Shown here piece by piece: positions 48,282 through 57,608 of a stretch of DNA of 64,000 bases. Source of the DNA: an archaeon. Lineage in GTDB: Archaea; Nanobdellota; Nanobdellia; Pacearchaeales; GW2011-AR1. Location of the stretch: contig JABHZE010000003.1 in NCBI GenBank assembly GCA_018653485.1, forward strand, positions 2,539 to 66,538. The letters run 5' to 3'. Under the pieces are notes generated by a model, which saw only the letters and a list, made by a program, of their open reading frames with translations, made no database searches and was not told the origin of the DNA. The translations under genes and the position numbers were made by a program. Within the stretch, counting starts at the first letter, position 1; each line of letters begins with the position of its first letter.

Positions 48282-50036
48282 TTACTCCTTCAAAATTTTT
48301 CTAATAGATTTGGTTGAAATATGTCTTAATAATTCTTCTTTATCTATATAATAAAGATTCATAACTTTTCCAAAATCTTTTAAACTTCTAATTTTATTTT
48401 TTATTAAATAACTCATTATTCTCTTTTTTTCTTCTATATTTTGTGCAATTTCATTTTGAGACATTCCAGTATTTCTAGTTATATCTTCAAAAAATCTTGA
48501 ATTTTCACTATGTTTAATTATTCTATCTTCTTCTGGAATCCATCTATATAATATATTTGCATAAGCTTTTTCATCTCCTGCTTCAAATTCTGCTACTTGT
48601 AATACTCTTCTTATTCCTCTTCTTCTATCTCTAAAAACTACTAAATTAAGATTTACTGCATTAAGTAAATTTGGAGGAACACTTAAGGGCGGATTTGTTA
48701 ATCTAGAAACTGTTTCTGCTGCAGAATCTGCATGAACTGTCGCATATACACTATGGCCTGTATGCATTGCTTCAAATAAAACCATTGCTTCTTCTTTTCT
48801 TCTCATTTCACCCAAAACAATTCTGTCTGGCCTCATTCTTAATGAGTTAATTAATAAATCAAGCATGCTTACTTCTCCTTTTCCTTCAGGATTTGGAGAA
48901 CGTGTTACTAATGGACACCAATAAAGAAAATCAGGAAGCATTAATTCTCTTGTATCTTCTACACTAATTATTCTATGATTTGGAGGAATAAACGGCATGC
49001 AGGCGTTTAGTAAAGAAGTTTTTCCTGATGCTGTTCCACCAGAGATAAGAACATTCATTTCATATTCTATTGCTAACCATAATAATGATGCAACCTCTAT
49101 GTCTAGGGTTTTATTATTGATTAAATCTATTATTGTGTATGGGTCTCTTGCAAACTTTCGGATAGTTATTGTATTTCCTTTAGTAGATATTGGATAAAGT
49201 ATTGAATTAATTCTGTCTCCAGTTATTAAGTGTGCATCTAATAATGGTGCAAGAACATTTATTTGTCTTCCAACTCTTCTTGCAATTATATTTGAATAAT
49301 TAACTATTTTATCTTCTCTATCAATTTTTAAATTAGATTTTAACCAACCGTATTTTTTATGATAAACTCTAATTGATTCTTTTGCAGAAGTTATAACTAC
49401 TTCTTCTAAATTAACATCATTTACTAAAAATTCTATTTCTCCTAATCCTAACATATCTTGCATAAGTTTTCCTACTAAGAATTCTTTCATATTTTTTTCA
49501 ATATTTGGTAATTTTTCTTTTAAAATCTTTTCGGCTTGAATCATAAATCTTTTTTTAATTTTTAAAAAGGCATTAGGGTCTGTTATCTCATTCATTCCTA
49601 CTGTTGTAGCGGTTACTAGCTCATTTCTTACTTCATCTAATAAAGAGGCTGTAGCAATATTTATTTGAGGAACTTCTAAATTATAAACTGGGCCTGAAGT
49701 TGATTTTTGAATTCTTACAACTACCTTTACATTATCTAATAAGATATCATAACTTTCTAAGGTGCTTCCTTTTTTTTCAATTGGTTTTTCTTTTTGAGGG
49801 TGTTTATGATTTGAATTATGTTTTTGTTTATGATTTATATGATTGTTTTTTTGATGGTGTTTATGATTTGAATTATGTTTTTGTTTATGATTTATATGAT
49901 TGTTTTTTTGATGATTGTTTTTCTTATTTTGAATCTGTTTGTTCTTCTCATTATTTTGTTTAGAATCCTCTTTAGGATTTTTATCTTCTTTTTTATTTCT
50001 AAATCTAAAAAATCTTTTCTTTTTTTTGTTTGCCAT
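48282..50036 (-). CDS. Type IV pilus assembly ATPase (VirB11/CpaF/FlaI family)
   Basis: GGTASGKT, VEDTREL, LRMRPDRIVLGEMR, MHTGH. Confidence 0.93.
   Translation of the reverse strand: MANKKKKRFFRFRNKKEDKNPKEDSKQNNEKNKQIQNKKNNHQKNNHINHKQKHNSNHKHHQKNNHINHKQKHNSNHKHPQKEKPIEKKGSTLESYDILLDNVKVVVRIQKSTSGPVYNLEVPQINIATASLLDEVRNELVTATTVGMNEITDPNAFLKIKKRFMIQAEKILKEKLPNIEKNMKEFLVGKLMQDMLGLGEIEFLVNDVNLEEVVITSAKESIRVYHKKYGWLKSNLKIDREDKIVNYSNIIARRVGRQINVLAPLLDAHLITGDRINSILYPISTKGNTITIRKFARDPYTIIDLINNKTLDIEVASLLWLAIEYEMNVLISGGTASGKTSLLNACMPFIPPNHRIISVEDTRELMLPDFLYWCPLVTRSPNPEGKGEVSMLDLLINSLRMRPDRIVLGEMRRKEEAMVLFEAMHTGHSVYATVHADSAAETVSRLTNPPLSVPPNLLNAVNLNLVVFRDRRRGIRRVLQVAEFEAGDEKAYANILYRWIPEEDRIIKHSENSRFFEDITRNTGMSQNEIAQNIEEKKRIMSYLIKNKIRSLKDFGKVMNLYYIDKEELLRHISTKSIRKILKE
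49801..49914 (-). repeat. 57-bp tandem duplication encoding HQKNNHINHKQKHNSNHKH x2
   Basis: Two near-identical adjacent copies in the ATPase N-terminal extension. Confidence 0.9.
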
Positions 50037-50045
50037 ATTACTTTA

Positions 50046-50903
50046 TTATTTTTTCCTCTTTTTCTTAGTTCTCTTTTTATTAGAGTTTTCCTTCATTGTT
50101 TTTTTAACAATTTTATCTGCTTTTTTCTCAATCTTTCTATTTTCCCTTGTTTTTTTCTTTTTCTCTTTTGTTCTTATTTTTTCTTGTTTTTTGTTTTCTC
50201 TAGTTTGTTTTTTTGTTTGTTTTTTGTTTTGTTTTTCTTTCTTCTTTGGCAAGGGGCTTTGCCCCTTCCGTAACCCCTTCATAAGATTCCTTTCTTTTCT
50301 AGATGGTTTTTTTAGAGATTTGCTTGTTTCTTCTTTATCTCCCTCTAATTTATTTTTTAGTTGTTTTTTATTAATTATTTTTTCTCCTTTATTTACTATC
50401 TTAGATTTTTTTTCAACTAATTTTAAGATTGGTTTTCTCATAATCGGGTAATCAATAATTGCTAGATTTGCTGATTCTAGTATCTTACACCATTCCATTG
50501 CAGCTTCCTCATCTACCTTAAAGGCTTTAGATATTGTAGATATTTTTATTATTTTTGTTTTTTGTAATATTTCATAAAGAATATCTAAATCAGTTTTTTC
50601 CTTATTTGAAGAGTGTTTAATATTAAATGAATGAATTTCTTTTGCTTCTTTTGTTACTTTTCTATCAAGCATAGCAACTCTTACTAAAAGAAATATTAAG
50701 ATTATCCAAGGAATTACTAAAAATATTTTTGAAAAACCACTCATAGAGGTATAAATTTCTCTAGCATCATCTACTACTGAAAATCCTGTTAGTCCTCCAT
50801 GAAAGCTTTCATTACTATAAAATAATGCGCTAGCATTGGCTAGAAATAATATTGTTATTACTCCAAGTACTCTGAAAAATAATAATTTCTCCCCTTTTAC
50901 CAT
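50046..50903 (-). CDS. Two-TM protein with winged-helix-like domain and Lys-rich tail, first gene of the pilus ATPase operon
   Basis: LTGFSV; TDLDILYEILQ...ISTISKAFKV...EWCKILE. Confidence 0.6.
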   Translation of the reverse strand: MVKGEKLLFFRVLGVITILFLANASALFYSNESFHGGLTGFSVVDDAREIYTSMSGFSKIFLVIPWIILIFLLVRVAMLDRKVTKEAKEIHSFNIKHSSNKEKTDLDILYEILQKTKIIKISTISKAFKVDEEAAMEWCKILESANLAIIDYPIMRKPILKLVEKKSKIVNKGEKIINKKQLKNKLEGDKEETSKSLKKPSRKERNLMKGLRKGQSPLPKKKEKQNKKQTKKQTRENKKQEKIRTKEKKKKTRENRKIEKKADKIVKKTMKENSNKKRTKKKRKK

Positions 50904-51011
50904 GTTATTATTATATGAGTTTTATAAATTTTATAAAGGTATTGATTGGTATGAAATAAAATAAATTTTCAGTGGAGATAGTTTTATTAAGATAACATTA
51001 TATCTTAGTTA

Positions 51012-51425
51012 ATGAAAGGAAGAAGAGGTCAAATTAGCTTTGAGTATCTTGTAATTATGGGCTTTGTTATGTTTGTAATAATTAGTATTTTGGGTGTTGC
51101 ATTTATCTATAGTGGAAGTATAAAAGATAGAATCAAAGTAACTCAGGTAAATAATTGTGCTAACAAAGTTATTTCAAGTGCTGAATCAATTTTTTATACT
51201 GGTTTTCCTTCTAGAACAGTTATTGATTGTTATCTTCCTGAAAATCTTTTAGATATTGAAATTTTGGAAAATCGTTTGTTTGTTTCTGTTCAAACAAGTA
51301 CTGGAATTGTAAAGACAGGTTTTTCAAGTGATGTTCCAATTACCGGGGATATTACTTCTGGTTCAGGCATTAAAAGAATAAGAGTGATTGCTCAGGAAAA
51401 TAATGTTTTGTTGAGTGATTATTAG
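51012..51425 (+). CDS. Minor pilin (class III signal peptide)
   Basis: RRGQ/ISFEYLVIMG. Confidence 0.82.
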   Translation: MKGRRGQISFEYLVIMGFVMFVIISILGVAFIYSGSIKDRIKVTQVNNCANKVISSAESIFYTGFPSRTVIDCYLPENLLDIEILENRLFVSVQTSTGIVKTGFSSDVPITGDITSGSGIKRIRVIAQENNVLLSDY

Positions 51426-51496
51426 GTAGAGGCATTGTTAATAGTGAAATATGGTGGGGGATATTAAAAGTGTTTGAAAATTGAATAAATTAAAAA

Positions 51497-51889
51497 ATGG
51501 AGAATAAAAAAGCTCAATCAGGTATAGAATTTTTAGTCTTAGTAGGTGTTGTGTTTTTTTTATTTATAGGTTACTTGGCTTTTATTCAAGAAGGTATGTC
51601 TGATAAAATTGATAGAAATGTTGATGCTAAAGTAAAGGAAACTGCTCTTACTGTTCAGAATGAGATTAACTTAGCTGTAGAGTCTAGTGAAGGTTATTAT
51701 CGAGAGTTTATTATTCCCTCAGATATTAATGGGCTTATTTATTCTGCTTCAATAAATGATAGTCTTATTTATGTAAGAACTGATGATGGAAGGCACGCAA
51801 TTGCTCTTCCTGTTAAAAATATTACTGGAGATGTGATTATTGGAGGTAATGTGATAAGAAAGGAAGATGGCATTGTTAAGCTTAATTGA
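51497..51889 (+). CDS. Minor pilin (class III signal peptide)
   Basis: KKAQ/SGIEFLVLVG. Confidence 0.82.
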   Translation: MENKKAQSGIEFLVLVGVVFFLFIGYLAFIQEGMSDKIDRNVDAKVKETALTVQNEINLAVESSEGYYREFIIPSDINGLIYSASINDSLIYVRTDDGRHAIALPVKNITGDVIIGGNVIRKEDGIVKLN

Positions 51890-52487
51890 AGGTATTTTTT
51901 TAACGAAGTTAAAAAAGGAGAGAAATGGGGGGAATGCGAAAAAAAATTTCGTTACTGATAAATCTGGGAAGGTATCTTTTAGCTCCGCTAAAAAGGGGCA
52001 GGCATGGAGTGTGGATTTAATTGTAGCGTTAGGTTTATTTTCAATTGGAATTGTTGTTTTTCTTATTTATTCAATTGATTTTACAGACCATAATAGAGAT
52101 GTTTATGAAAATCTGTTTTATGATGCTGAATTTATGAGTAATATATTATTATCTGAAGGTTATCCTGTGGATTGGGATCAAGGAAATGTTGTGCAGTTAG
52201 GAATTTTAAGTGAAGGTAAAATTAATGGGAGTAAATTAGATGAATTTCATAATATTATAGGAAATGGAGATTATGAAAGCACAAAAATTCTTTTTAATAC
52301 AAAATATAATTATTATTTTTTCTTTAGTGAAGAAATGGTGCTTCATGAAGGTGGTGTTCCTGTTGATGGTTTAGGTCAACCTGGATTTGACATTAATAAT
52401 ATAACTGAGGATAATCTTATAAAAATAACTAGGTTTAGTATCTATAATGATAAACCTGTGAGTGTTTATTTATATGTGTTTGATTGA
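51867..52487 (+). CDS. Minor pilin-like protein (start uncertain)
   Basis: KKGQ/AWSVDLIVA; LLSEGYP.DW...LG motif. Confidence 0.75.
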   Translation: MALLSLIEGIFLTKLKKERNGGNAKKNFVTDKSGKVSFSSAKKGQAWSVDLIVALGLFSIGIVVFLIYSIDFTDHNRDVYENLFYDAEFMSNILLSEGYPVDWDQGNVVQLGILSEGKINGSKLDEFHNIIGNGDYESTKILFNTKYNYYFFFSEEMVLHEGGVPVDGLGQPGFDINNITEDNLIKITRFSIYNDKPVSVYLYVFD

Positions 52488-52497
52488 ATGGTGAAAA

Positions 52498-52833
52498 TTA
52501 ATACTTAAAAGTCCTTTCATAAGCTTTATGGTCCATCCAATCTAGAATAATTGATACCACTAATATTTCTTGATTTTCAATAGAATATAATAATCTCCAA
52601 GCATTTGGTAAATTATATTTCCAAAGATTGTTTATTTGATATTTATGTAAATAAGATTTTGGAATTAATCTCTTTGGTATTTGGATTCCACAAAAGGCAT
52701 TTTCTTCAATATCTTGAAATGCACGAATTAACCAATCATGTATCTTTTTTTGATTTTTGTGAGAGTTTATTAATTCTTCAAATGCTTTTTGAATCTTTTT
52801 ATCAGCAAATCTAACTTTGGAGGGTAATTTCAT
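52498..52833 (-). CDS. RelE-like toxin
   Basis: G..IPKRLIP..Y, NLWKYNLP.AWRLLYSI, HK.YE. Confidence 0.7.
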   Translation of the reverse strand: MKLPSKVRFADKKIQKAFEELINSHKNQKKIHDWLIRAFQDIEENAFCGIQIPKRLIPKSYLHKYQINNLWKYNLPNAWRLLYSIENQEILVVSIILDWMDHKAYERTFKY

Positions 52834-53111
52834 TTTTTTGATTTTGACCAGAATAATTCTTTATTCTTAATATTATCATCCCTATTTTCTGGATAATAAA
52901 TCCATCCAATTTTTCCTTCAGAATCAATTGAGATTTTTCTAGAATATAATAAATAATCAATTGTAACACAGAATGTTTGATACATCATTTTTTTTGGAAG
53001 ATTTTCCCATAAGGCTCTTTTTTTAAATTCTCCATCAAATTTTTGGATAGCTTTTTCTACCATTAAAACAGTATCTAGTCTCGGATATCTTCGAATTTGT
53101 TTTATTTCCAT
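52830..53111 (-). CDS. Putative antitoxin / winged-helix protein paired with RelE-like gene
   Basis: PRLDTVLMVE...LPKKMMYQT; ATGA overlap with toxin; palindrome at its start. Confidence 0.6.
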   Translation of the reverse strand: MEIKQIRRYPRLDTVLMVEKAIQKFDGEFKKRALWENLPKKMMYQTFCVTIDYLLYSRKISIDSEGKIGWIYYPENRDDNIKNKELFWSKSKK

Positions 53112-53228
53112 GTTATATCAATGGATATAACAATATTTAAATGTTTTTGTGTCTCAATAACCTAATTTTAAAAAGTATGGTTTCTTCTTTATCTCTAGAG
53201 AATTGGGATATTTTAATTGAGGTGAAAA

Positions 53229-55769
53229 ATGATATGTAAAAAAGGAGTGTTTTTTAGTACAGATGCGTTAATAGCTCTGATTATAATATTCTTAAGTATC
53301 TTAGTTCTTGTTCCATTTGTTAAATATGCTCATAGAGATAGTTTTATTCAATCAGATGTTAAAGATGTTTTGACTTCTCTTAAAATTGGGGAGATTGATA
53401 ATGTTTATGTGCAAGAATTAATTGCTCAAGGTAGAATTAGTGATTTAAATAAATCTGTTTTAGAACAGATTGGAGAATTTTATATAACTGATTTAGATGT
53501 TGCTAAAAATTTGGGAGATGAAGTCTTAGATAGTCTTGAAAGTAATGAAAATATTGGGATTTGGTATGAAAATACTTTAATTGTTGCTAAAAATACTAGT
53601 CCTATTGAAGATGCACAAAATATAGAAGTTGATAGTCAGATAATTAGTGGTATTCAAGAAGGGGAGAGTGTTACTGGATTTTCAGGAAGAGCTTTTCTCT
53701 TAAATAGTGTTCCTAAAAAATATTTTTATTTTGGTGGTTATGTTGGTGATGGTAATATTTCTATTAATATAAATGGTAGTGGGGAGGTGGAGGGTTTGGA
53801 TTTAGAAGTGGCGATTAATAAGGATTTTGATATTTATCTTAATGATATTTTTTCAGGGCATTATGAAAATGCTTCTTCTAATTTTGTTCCTGCTAATTAT
53901 GATTTAAGTGCTTATGTTGGTAATATGAATCCTGGTGAAAATACAATTGAATTTAGAGGGGATAATTTACATATTGCAGGAGGTTATGTTAAAGTAACTT
54001 ATAGTAATTCTAGTTTAACAAATGGGAATGGAAAATATCATTTTCCAGGTATTGAAGGATTGATTAATATTTATGATGGGCTTTATGTTCCTGGAAATCT
54101 AACTGATATGGAAATATTTTTACATTTTAATAATAATTTAACTACTTTTTTAAATATTGGAAATGTTACTGTTTTTAATGGTTCTACCTCTGGAGAAGAG
54201 AGTTTTACTATAAATAATTCTTATTTGTCTTCGCGGTTAGATTACGATTCTTTATCTGAAACAACTATTCCTTTAAGATTAGGATTAGAAGGTGCGAATT
54301 ATACTGTTAGTGGAGAGAAAGATGCTGATGTTTTTTCTGTAACTGATATTTCTGGGAGTATGGGTGGTGCTTGTTCTGGATATTCTCCTTGGTATTGTTG
54401 TTGGTGGGGGGCTGATTGTGGAACTCAATCTGGTTGTGAGGATACTTGTGGTGGAACTTATGATGGAGGGCCTTTAGAAGATGCTAAAGAAGCTAACAAA
54501 GTTTTTATTAATGCTATTTTAAATAATTCAAATAATCGTGTTGGTTTAGTTGCTTACCAGACAGATGCTTATGCTGATGATTTTCATGAATTATCAAATG
54601 ATAATGAATCATTGATTGATGAGGTAGAAGAATGGGAATCTGGAGGTGGAACTTGTATTTGTTGTGGTATAAATGAGGCTGTTGAAGATTTAGTTGATAA
54701 TTCTGATCCTAGTAAATTTAGATCTATTGTTGTTATGAGTGATGGAGAGGCGACTAGAGAATGTAATGAGCAAGGAAATACTCCTGATTTAAATGGTAAT
54801 GGGCAGGCAGATGATGCAGGAGATGATGCTATTCAGGCTGCTTGTGATGCTTATAATGATCATGATATGCGTATTTATGCTGTTGGTTTTGGGGGTGGTG
54901 CTGATGAAGATACCCTCGAGGGGATTGCTAATTGTGGTAATGGGACTTATCATTATGGGGATGTAGATAGTTTGATAGATATTTATAAATTAATTGCAGA
55001 AGAAATTATTGATGTGGCTTTTTCTGAGCAGACCACTATAGTTTCTTCAAATTTGTTTAGTAAATTATATCCTGATTCTTATATTAGTTTTGATTATGAA
55101 GCTCCTGATAATGAGTATGGTTTAATTACAATTAATGAGGAAGGATTTTCAGATAGTTATGAAGGTTATTTTGAAGTTCCTGATAATTCAAGTGTTTCTG
55201 AGGCAAGAGTTATTTCTTATTCTGGTTCAAGATGGACAGATAATGTTGATTTAAATGGTAATTCTATTTATGATTTGTCTAATTATGGGAGTGATTATGT
55301 TCAGTTTGGTGATCCTTATGCAATTAATTTGCCGTCGGGTTTAGTTGAAAGTAATAATACTGTGAGAGTTACTACTGGTTTGTCTCCTGATAATTCTAGT
55401 GAAGGTTCTATACATAATAAAATAATTTATAATTTAGTTAGAAATTTTGTTGCTTATTCAAGTATTTCATCTTTTTCAGAGGGGTGTTCATGGTATTTAG
55501 AATTTGAGGATGATAGTAATCTTACTGTTAGTATTCCTTTAAATTATTCTGGAAGTAATTCTTGCGAGTATAGTGAAAGTGTAAGGGCGTATGATGTGAA
55601 TGATGCCATACAATCAGCTGTTTATAACTTGTTAGAATTATTAGATTTTTATAATGATGGTAAATTAGATGTTAAATTTACAGAACAAGATTTTGCAATA
55701 AGTTCTTCTCAAATAATTGGGATTCCTTATGGATGGAGTAGTGAAATTCAAATTAGGAGGTGGTATTGA
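53229..55769 (+). CDS. Large pilin-like protein with von Willebrand factor A domain (candidate tip adhesin)
   Basis: KKG/VFFSTDALIA; DISGSM MIDAS; GGTC; VVMSDG; YAVGFG. Confidence 0.85.
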   Translation: MICKKGVFFSTDALIALIIIFLSILVLVPFVKYAHRDSFIQSDVKDVLTSLKIGEIDNVYVQELIAQGRISDLNKSVLEQIGEFYITDLDVAKNLGDEVLDSLESNENIGIWYENTLIVAKNTSPIEDAQNIEVDSQIISGIQEGESVTGFSGRAFLLNSVPKKYFYFGGYVGDGNISININGSGEVEGLDLEVAINKDFDIYLNDIFSGHYENASSNFVPANYDLSAYVGNMNPGENTIEFRGDNLHIAGGYVKVTYSNSSLTNGNGKYHFPGIEGLINIYDGLYVPGNLTDMEIFLHFNNNLTTFLNIGNVTVFNGSTSGEESFTINNSYLSSRLDYDSLSETTIPLRLGLEGANYTVSGEKDADVFSVTDISGSMGGACSGYSPWYCCWWGADCGTQSGCEDTCGGTYDGGPLEDAKEANKVFINAILNNSNNRVGLVAYQTDAYADDFHELSNDNESLIDEVEEWESGGGTCICCGINEAVEDLVDNSDPSKFRSIVVMSDGEATRECNEQGNTPDLNGNGQADDAGDDAIQAACDAYNDHDMRIYAVGFGGGADEDTLEGIANCGNGTYHYGDVDSLIDIYKLIAEEIIDVAFSEQTTIVSSNLFSKLYPDSYISFDYEAPDNEYGLITINEEGFSDSYEGYFEVPDNSSVSEARVISYSGSRWTDNVDLNGNSIYDLSNYGSDYVQFGDPYAINLPSGLVESNNTVRVTTGLSPDNSSEGSIHNKIIYNLVRNFVAYSSISSFSEGCSWYLEFEDDSNLTVSIPLNYSGSNSCEYSESVRAYDVNDAIQSAVYNLLELLDFYNDGKLDVKFTEQDFAISSSQIIGIPYGWSSEIQIRRWY

Positions 55770-55771
55770 GA

Positions 55772-56674
55772 ATGAATAAAAAAGGTATGTTTTTTACTGC
55801 TTTAGCAATTAGTATCTTATCTGTTTTTGTTTTAGGTTATGGAATTTATTTAATTAATGATGAAAGAGTTTCTATAAATAAAAGAGTTGATACAATGAAT
55901 AATTTTGTTTCTATGATTGAAGATGATTTGCCTAGAAAATTATATATTTCTGGATTTAGAAGTGTTTTTTTATTTGAAAAAAGAATTGTAGAGAGTGGAA
56001 GTTATATTGATGATGTTGAAAATAGGTTTAATGAATTATTTTTTAATGGAACTTTATATGGTTCTGATGAAGGGCTAATGAATGGAATTATTTTTTCTGA
56101 TATAGAGAGTAATTATAATGATGCTGGAAACAGGATAAATGTTGATGTTAATTTTTCAAATCCTGTTGTGAATATTAGTCAAGAAGATTCTTGGAGAATT
56201 AAAATTAGTATTGTTATGGATGTTTTGATTAATGATAAAAGTGGTTTAGCCTTATGGAATAGGACTTACACTGGGGAAAATTATGTTTCTGTTCAAGGTT
56301 TTGAGGATCCTCTTTATTTAATTAAGAGTAATGGATTAATTGTGCATCCTATAAATAAAACAGTGTATACTACATTTGTAACTGGAGGGAATGCTAGTAA
56401 TTTGTTGAGTCATACTCGAAATGGTTATTATAAAAATTCAACTAGTGCCCCTAGTTTTTTGCAGAGATTAGAAGGTGATTTAAGTGCTAATGAAAATGGA
56501 ATTGAGTCATTAGTTTATCTTCCTGATTTGTCTACTCAAGGAATTAGTACAAAAGAAAAATCAGTTGTTGATTATATTTATTTTTCTACTGATAATCCTG
56601 CTTTTAGTAGTGTTGCTGGAATGCCTTCTTGGTTTAGATTAGATAATGAGCATTTAGATGATTATGGGTTGTGA
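55772..56674 (+). CDS. Pilin-like pilus-associated protein
   Basis: KKG/MFFTALAI; GFEDPLY; APSFLQRLEG, GIESLV motifs. Confidence 0.72.
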   Translation: MNKKGMFFTALAISILSVFVLGYGIYLINDERVSINKRVDTMNNFVSMIEDDLPRKLYISGFRSVFLFEKRIVESGSYIDDVENRFNELFFNGTLYGSDEGLMNGIIFSDIESNYNDAGNRINVDVNFSNPVVNISQEDSWRIKISIVMDVLINDKSGLALWNRTYTGENYVSVQGFEDPLYLIKSNGLIVHPINKTVYTTFVTGGNASNLLSHTRNGYYKNSTSAPSFLQRLEGDLSANENGIESLVYLPDLSTQGISTKEKSVVDYIYFSTDNPAFSSVAGMPSWFRLDNEHLDDYGL

Positions 56675-56717
56675 AATTTTTCAATAAGTTTTTATAGTTT
56701 TATTCTCTAGTTGAATT

Positions 56718-57101
56718 ATGGAAAGAGGGATATTGATTTTTTTTATTGCATTAGTGATAGGAGTAGGTTTGGGTATGTTTTTTTATTCTAATGAAATTGA
56801 TAATTTTTTTGAGAGTGATGGAGGCTCTTCAAATAGAGAGGGGTTAGATGATCCAAGTGATTTAAGTGATGGTTCTGGTTTAGACGGAGATTCTAGTTTA
56901 GGAGGTGGTTTAGGTATTGATTCTGAAGGGGGTTCTGATAGTGGTGGAGGTATTGGAAGTAATCTTCCAGATGGATTGGATTTAAGTATGATTGAAGAAA
57001 GTTCGTGTGGGTTTTATTTTGATGAATATGATATTTGCGGAGGGGTTTGTGAAGAAGGTGAATGTGTTAGTGAAGGTAGGAGTTGTTATTGCAAAAAGTG
57101 A
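56718..57101 (+). CDS. Membrane-anchored protein with Gly/Ser/Asp linker and small Cys-rich C-terminal domain
   Basis: N-terminal TM; six-Cys C-terminus (CG.YF...CGG.C..G.C....SCYC). Confidence 0.6.
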   Translation: MERGILIFFIALVIGVGLGMFFYSNEIDNFFESDGGSSNREGLDDPSDLSDGSGLDGDSSLGGGLGIDSEGGSDSGGGIGSNLPDGLDLSMIEESSCGFYFDEYDICGGVCEEGECVSEGRSCYCKK

Positions 57102-57167
57102 TTTTTTCTAAGATTTATTCTTTTTTTTTGGGAAAGGTATATAAAGGAGTGATGGTTAATAATTATT

Positions 57168-57388
57168 AGATCGGTAATCCGGTTGCTCTGAAAAGAGTGT
57201 GTGATGACAGCCTCTATTAAGGTTCAATAATTAATTTAAAGAACGGGCGAAATCTTTAAATGAAATATATCCTTGTTAAGCTATGTTACTATACGAAAAA
57301 AAACTTTAAAACAAAATTGGAAAATTAGTTTTGAATCAATTAGTTTAAGTTATTTTTCAACTGTGCCCAATTACTGATTACCGATCTA
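57168..57388 (+). ncRNA. Candidate ~220-nt structured non-coding RNA of unknown family
   Basis: TATATAAA at 57138-57145 with purine-rich BRE; 13-bp terminal helix TAGATCGGTAATC/GATTACCGATCTA; internal hairpins; T8 run immediately after. Confidence 0.55.
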
Positions 57389-57608
57389 CTTTTTTTATTA
57401 ATTGATTGATGATTAGTGGGGAGATATATTTGAGAGAGATGGATGAGAGTGAGTGGGAGATATATTTAAGATGAATTGTTGAGAGGATTTTGGTTAGTGG
57501 AGATTATTTATATTGATGTTGAAAGAGTTTTATTGAGGGGGATTTGTAAATATTTATTAAGTCTTAATTATTAGTATTTAATAATTAGATTATGAAATAT
57601 AGGTGAAA

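Noticed and set aside
49700-50451. Phe-rich + strand ORFs (49700, 49875, 49939)
   Set aside because: They are antisense shadows of Lys-rich minus-strand genes.
44246-56674. Archaellum operon
   Set aside because: No recognisable archaellin, FlaF/G or single FlaJ. Two T2SSF genes and a vWA protein fit an adhesive pilus better.
57168-57388. Assignment as RNase P RNA, SRP RNA, hammerhead ribozyme or cobalamin riboswitch
   Set aside because: It lacks GAGGAAAGUC/CR-V and the SRP helix-8 motif, has GUGAUGA rather than CUGAUGA, and has no GGGAA/B12 box in the right order.
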